A stretch of DNA of 63,991 nucleotides, the filler included, from Licmophora abbreviata (lineage: Eukaryota), in assembly GCA_900291995.1 (NCBI GenBank). It is 40 parts of 40 records of this genome, joined end to end, with 100 filler letters (N's around TTAATTAATTAA, not from the genome) between each part and the next. Parts side by side here need not be neighbours in the genome. Positions count along the whole stretch, not along the records: positions 59,771 to 61,212 come from OLMU01006573.1; positions 61,313 to 62,755 come from OLMU01006574.1; positions 62,856 to 63,991 come from OLMU01006704.1; 37 more parts are not named here. One strand, given 5' to 3'. A program made the position numbers and the translations under genes. The notes under the pieces are model-generated. The model saw nothing but the letters and a program-made list of their open reading frames with translations. It was not told where the DNA came from and did no database searches. Shown piece after piece: positions 59,869-63,991 of the stretch (position 1 is the first letter of the stretch; each line of letters begins with the position of its first letter).

Positions 59869-61212
59869 TTGTCGCAGCAACCAAGCGCCACACCGACGAC
59901 GCAGCCGTCCGCGACTCCGAGTGATTTTCCTTCTGTGGAGCCTAGCCAATCACCGACGGTAGAGTCCAGCGCTTTACCAACAATAGAGGCGTCGGCGTTG
60001 CCGAGTGCCCTCTCTGTGCCCCCAAGCAGCGTTCCAACAGCGATGTCAAGTGAGACTCCGACTAAAATGGAGAGCTCAAGCCCTACGAGTGAAACATCTA
60101 CCAGACCAAGTCCTTCATCTAGCACGGCCCCGACCATTGACCAGAGTGCCTCGCCAACTGCAGGTCCAAGCTCAGAGCCTAGTTTGAATCCTACCCAGAA
60201 GGCTTCGTTGAGTCCAAGTTCACCGCCTAGCTTACAGCCGACACAAATAGCTTCGTCGAATCCCTCAACAGTCGCGTCGTACACACCAACGCTGAGTCCC
60301 TCCACGATTCCTACTTCGATACCATCCAGTGAGCCATCGGCCGCTACAACAACCGAAATGAGCGTACATCCAACCCACGAACTCTCCCAGGGACCTAGCA
60401 GACAAGGAAGTTCCGCACCGTCAGCAGTGGAATCGTCGACGCCATCTGTGTACGCCTCCATGGCGCCATCATCTGTGCCTTCTCAAAAGCCGAGCTTATC
60501 GCCCACCCCGTTACCGTCTGGCATCCCGAGCAGTCTACCGTCAGATGCCCCAAGCCATCAGGAATCATTTGGTCCGACATTGGAAGCGAGAACATCTCCG
60601 ACACTTGAGCGATCGTCCAGTCCCTCAATCGGGGAGAGTGCGAAACTATCAGCTACCATTTCATCAGAACCTAGCGCAAGCTCAAGTGTTACACCATCAT
60701 CGAGCCCCTCGCTCGTGTCCTCCGACTTACCCAGTGCGGTACCCACTCCGTTCCTATCAAGTTCTCCATCTGTTCTATCGTCAGACTCCCCGAGCAGTCA
60801 GCAGTCATCTGATCCAACGTTGGAGGAGAGTTCATCTCCGACTATCCAACGGTCGTCCAGTCCGTCACTGGTCGATAGTACGAGACCTTCCGTTGACCTT
60901 TCATCAATACCAAGCTTGAGCCCGAGCACCTCGCCATCATCAGGGCCTTCGCTTGTTGTCAGTGCTTACCCAAGTGCCGAAGAGTCGACAACGCCATCTT
61001 CTGCGCCTTCGACATATCCTAGTATCTCTCCTAGTTCCACACCCAGCATAGGCTTGTCCGAATCCCCGACGGTCGAATCATCCGAGTGCGATGAATCACT
61101 GGAAGAGCACTTCTACCATACGTCCGAGATCAGTGTATCTTCTATCACATGTACGGATCCAGAGGATGTTTCCATGATTGGAGAGATTCTTGTCGACTAC
61201 GTGGACATTCCA
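59869..61212 (+). CDS. Ser/Pro/Thr-rich mucin-like surface protein fragment
   Basis: Continuous PS..PS/PT tetrapeptide periodicity. Confidence 0.7.
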
Positions 61213-61312
61213 NNNNNNNNNNNNNNNNNNNNNNNNNNNNNNNNNNNNNNNNNNNNTTAATTAATTAANNNNNNNNNNNNNNNNNNNNNNNNNNNNNNNN
61301 NNNNNNNNNNNN

Positions 61313-62755
61313 GGACGCGGCTACTTCGCGGATCATCACTTCTCTGCCTTCCTCGCCTCTCAACTTCCTGAGTCCATCTCTTTTGCCGCGCGTCACAACC
61401 CCGACCCGGACACCTTAACCTATGACCAAGCCATGCGCTCCCATGACTCCCACCTTTGGAAGAAGGCTTCTCAAGCTGAAATAGACTCTCTCGTCGCCAA
61501 AGGAACCTGGGTTGAAGTCCCCATCAGCGACGCCAAGACCAAGATCCTTCCCGGCACCTGGACCTACCGCCGCAAGCGAACCCCTGACGGCGAAGTGAAG
61601 AAGCACAAGGCACGCTACTGTGTTAGAGGCGATCTCCTTGACAACACAAACGAAGACTTCTACTCACCAGTCGTCGGCTGGCCCACCGTTCGTCTCTTCC
61701 TCACCCTCTCCCTCATCCTTGGCTGGACTACAATCTCCATCGACTTCACCAACGCCTTCGTCCAAGCCACGCTTGAACACCACGTCTGGATCCACCTTCC
61801 CCGTGGTTTCGTTTCATCTAAGGGGAAAGGCACTTGCCTACGGCTGGTCAAGTCACTATATGGCCATCCCGGTGCGCCCAAACTCTGGTACCTCCACCTT
61901 CGCAGAGCCATCTTCAACCTCGGCCTCACCCAAAGCCAAATCGATCCATGTCTCTTCTTCCGAGCCGATCTCATCATCGTCCTCTATGTAGACGATGCCG
62001 GTCTCGCCGCCCCCGACGCATCCATCATCGACAAGTTTATCCAGGACCTCCGTGACCAAGAATTCGACCTGACCAAGGAAGGCAGCTTTGCCGAGTTCCT
62101 AGGCATCAAGTTCACTAAACAAGATGACATGGAATTCAAGCTGACCCAGCGAGGACTCATCGACAAGGTCATCTCAGCCACCGGACTCGACAACTGCAAG
62201 CCAAACCTCCTTCCAAGCACCCAACTCGCCCTCGGTGCCGACCTGGAAGGACCCCCGATGAACGAAAGCTGGAGCTATTCGTCCGTCGTCGGCATGCTCT
62301 TGTATCTCTCCGGCAACAGCCGACCCGACATCGCATACGCGGTGAGCCAAGTCTGTCGCTTTTCTGCCTCCCCAAAACAGAGCCACGCCACAGCAGTCAA
62401 GACGATCGTTCGATACCTATCCGGCACCCGCGATGAAGGTACCATCATTCGTCCGACCGGAAAGCTGAACCTGGACCTCTTTGTCGACGCTGATTTCTGC
62501 TCACTTCATGGGCGCGAAGACTCACGTGATGTCAACTCTGCGCGTTCGCGCACGGGATACATCATCCTTTTGAGTGGAGTACCGCTTCTTTGGAAATCTC
62601 AGCTCCAAACTCACATTTCCCTTTCCACGCTTGAGGCTGAGTATTCCGCCTTGTCCTATTCCTTGAAAACACTCATCCCTCTCAAGCGCATCCTCGTTGA
62701 ACTCGTCACAGCTCTCAGCATCGATCAAGAAATCAGCTCATCGGTTCAAGCTCGA
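61313..62755 (+). mobile_element. Copia RT/RNase H fragment, open frame
   Basis: KHKARYCVRGD, IDFTNAFVQ, KSLYG, YVDD, FLG, SRPDIAYAV, FVDADF, LSTLEAEY. Confidence 0.96.
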
Positions 62756-62944
62756 NNNNNNNNNNNNNNNNNNNNNNNNNNNNNNNNNNNNNNNNNNNNT
62801 TAATTAATTAANNNNNNNNNNNNNNNNNNNNNNNNNNNNNNNNNNNNNNNNNNNNACTCGACTCGCAGACGACGGACGACGATGACACTTCTTTCTTTGT
62901 GAACTTTCAGGATTCGCCGGTCGAATCTTCTCCCAGTCTTCACC

Positions 62945-63217
62945 ATGGGATGCACGTCGAGCAAAGCTGCCGAAGAAAGCCCTGCCATAAAGGATCTCAA
63001 GACGATTCCAGATCGTCTCAAGGCTAAAGATCGACCGGGTTCCGTGACATACAATTACGATCCTGCCAATCCGGATGCTGAGGTGGACCACGGTGAACCA
63101 CTGGTGCGGAACGAACAAGTACAAGAGAAGCTCCAGAACCAGAACCCACAGGGGTCTGTAACAATGGGAAACGACCCGAATTCATTGGAAAATATGGCTA
63201 AGCGGGGGGAGCTGTAG
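62945..63217 (+). CDS. Small 90-aa protein with N-terminal myristoylation/palmitoylation motif
   Basis: MGCTSSK N-terminus; CACCATGG start context. Confidence 0.6.
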   Translation: MGCTSSKAAEESPAIKDLKTIPDRLKAKDRPGSVTYNYDPANPDAEVDHGEPLVRNEQVQEKLQNQNPQGSVTMGNDPNSLENMAKRGEL

Positions 63218-63991
63218 AGTCGAAGAGGGCCTTCTGGATGGATGGTCGCGGAGCTCTTCGTAAGGTCTGCGTGATCGCGTGATACCTGTAGGACCAAGAA
63301 GCTATATTTCGAAGTAGTCTAGTTTCCTTTGTCGCGTAGAACGGAAGTCTTCTCATTGATCGCATTTGGTTTCACGGACGAGAGCCGCCCATTCTTCCTG
63401 ACCCGCGAGACACACTCTCGCGTCCATCGCCGTAGCACCATATCCTCCAAGAAATAATCATCAACGCAAACACCACGAACTGCGAGGAGAGCTGAAAAAA
63501 GGAAAGTCGACGCGACATGCATGCCCCAAAACATGTTTGTAGTCGTAGAGCATCAGCAGCGAAACTAAGTCCGTCGTGAGTCGCATGAAACGAAGCCCGA
63601 AGAGCTCCAGGTACACAGAGTAGAGAACACGGGTAGGATCGAGGACGATGCCATCATAAATTATAAGTGAGCTGTTGTTGGACGCCCAGGAGTACCATAC
63701 TCTTCGGGGCCTTGTTTGGCGGGAACGAGCCTTTGAAAAAATCAATCAATTCGGATCCAAATCGAAATTGGGTCATGAGCCGACAGTCACATGCGGTCAC
63801 AACGCGCCTCGCGCGCGGTCGACTGCATCAACATTCATCAAACACAAGAAGACTACTCCCTCGTATGAGATTTGGAGACGCTTTGTTGTATGTCATCGTG
63901 CTGGTTTCCTTTGATTTTTTATCCCTTTCGTAGATTTCAGAACGGAGATGGTGTTGTTGAACACCTCCATCATGACTAGTCGCTTCTGCGG

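Overview
This window is not a contiguous locus. It is a pseudomolecule of 40 small contigs (about 1.4-1.6 kb each, in descending size) joined by a 100-bp artificial linker (N44-TTAATTAATTAA-N44). Most contigs look like diatom-type (stramenopile) nuclear DNA: genes with short GT-AG introns, plus fragments of Ty1/Copia, Ty3/Gypsy, tyrosine-recombinase (DIRS-order) retrotransposons and a MULE transposon. Seven high-GC contigs come from a co-assembled Rhodobacteraceae-like bacterium (smc, ilvD, hutF-hutC, polysaccharide-modifying genes, a prophage tail module). One very AT-rich contig carries an IS630/Tc1-like remnant. Main observations: (1) two sequence-unrelated Copia-like 5' LTRs are followed, in place of a tRNA primer site, by a 14-nt sequence perfectly complementary to the predicted transcript 5' end, suggesting Tf1-like self-priming; (2) two DIRS-order elements have gag and pol in frame across a single UAG followed by a stem-loop; (3) a tandem pair of unannotated type I toxin-antitoxin-like cassettes lies downstream of smc; (4) a membrane-anchored selenocysteine glutathione peroxidase has a 3' SECIS; (5) a prophage tail operon carries antisense bactofilin and higBA genes and a -1 frameshift chaperone. 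All family assignments are by motif recognition only; no database searches were run.
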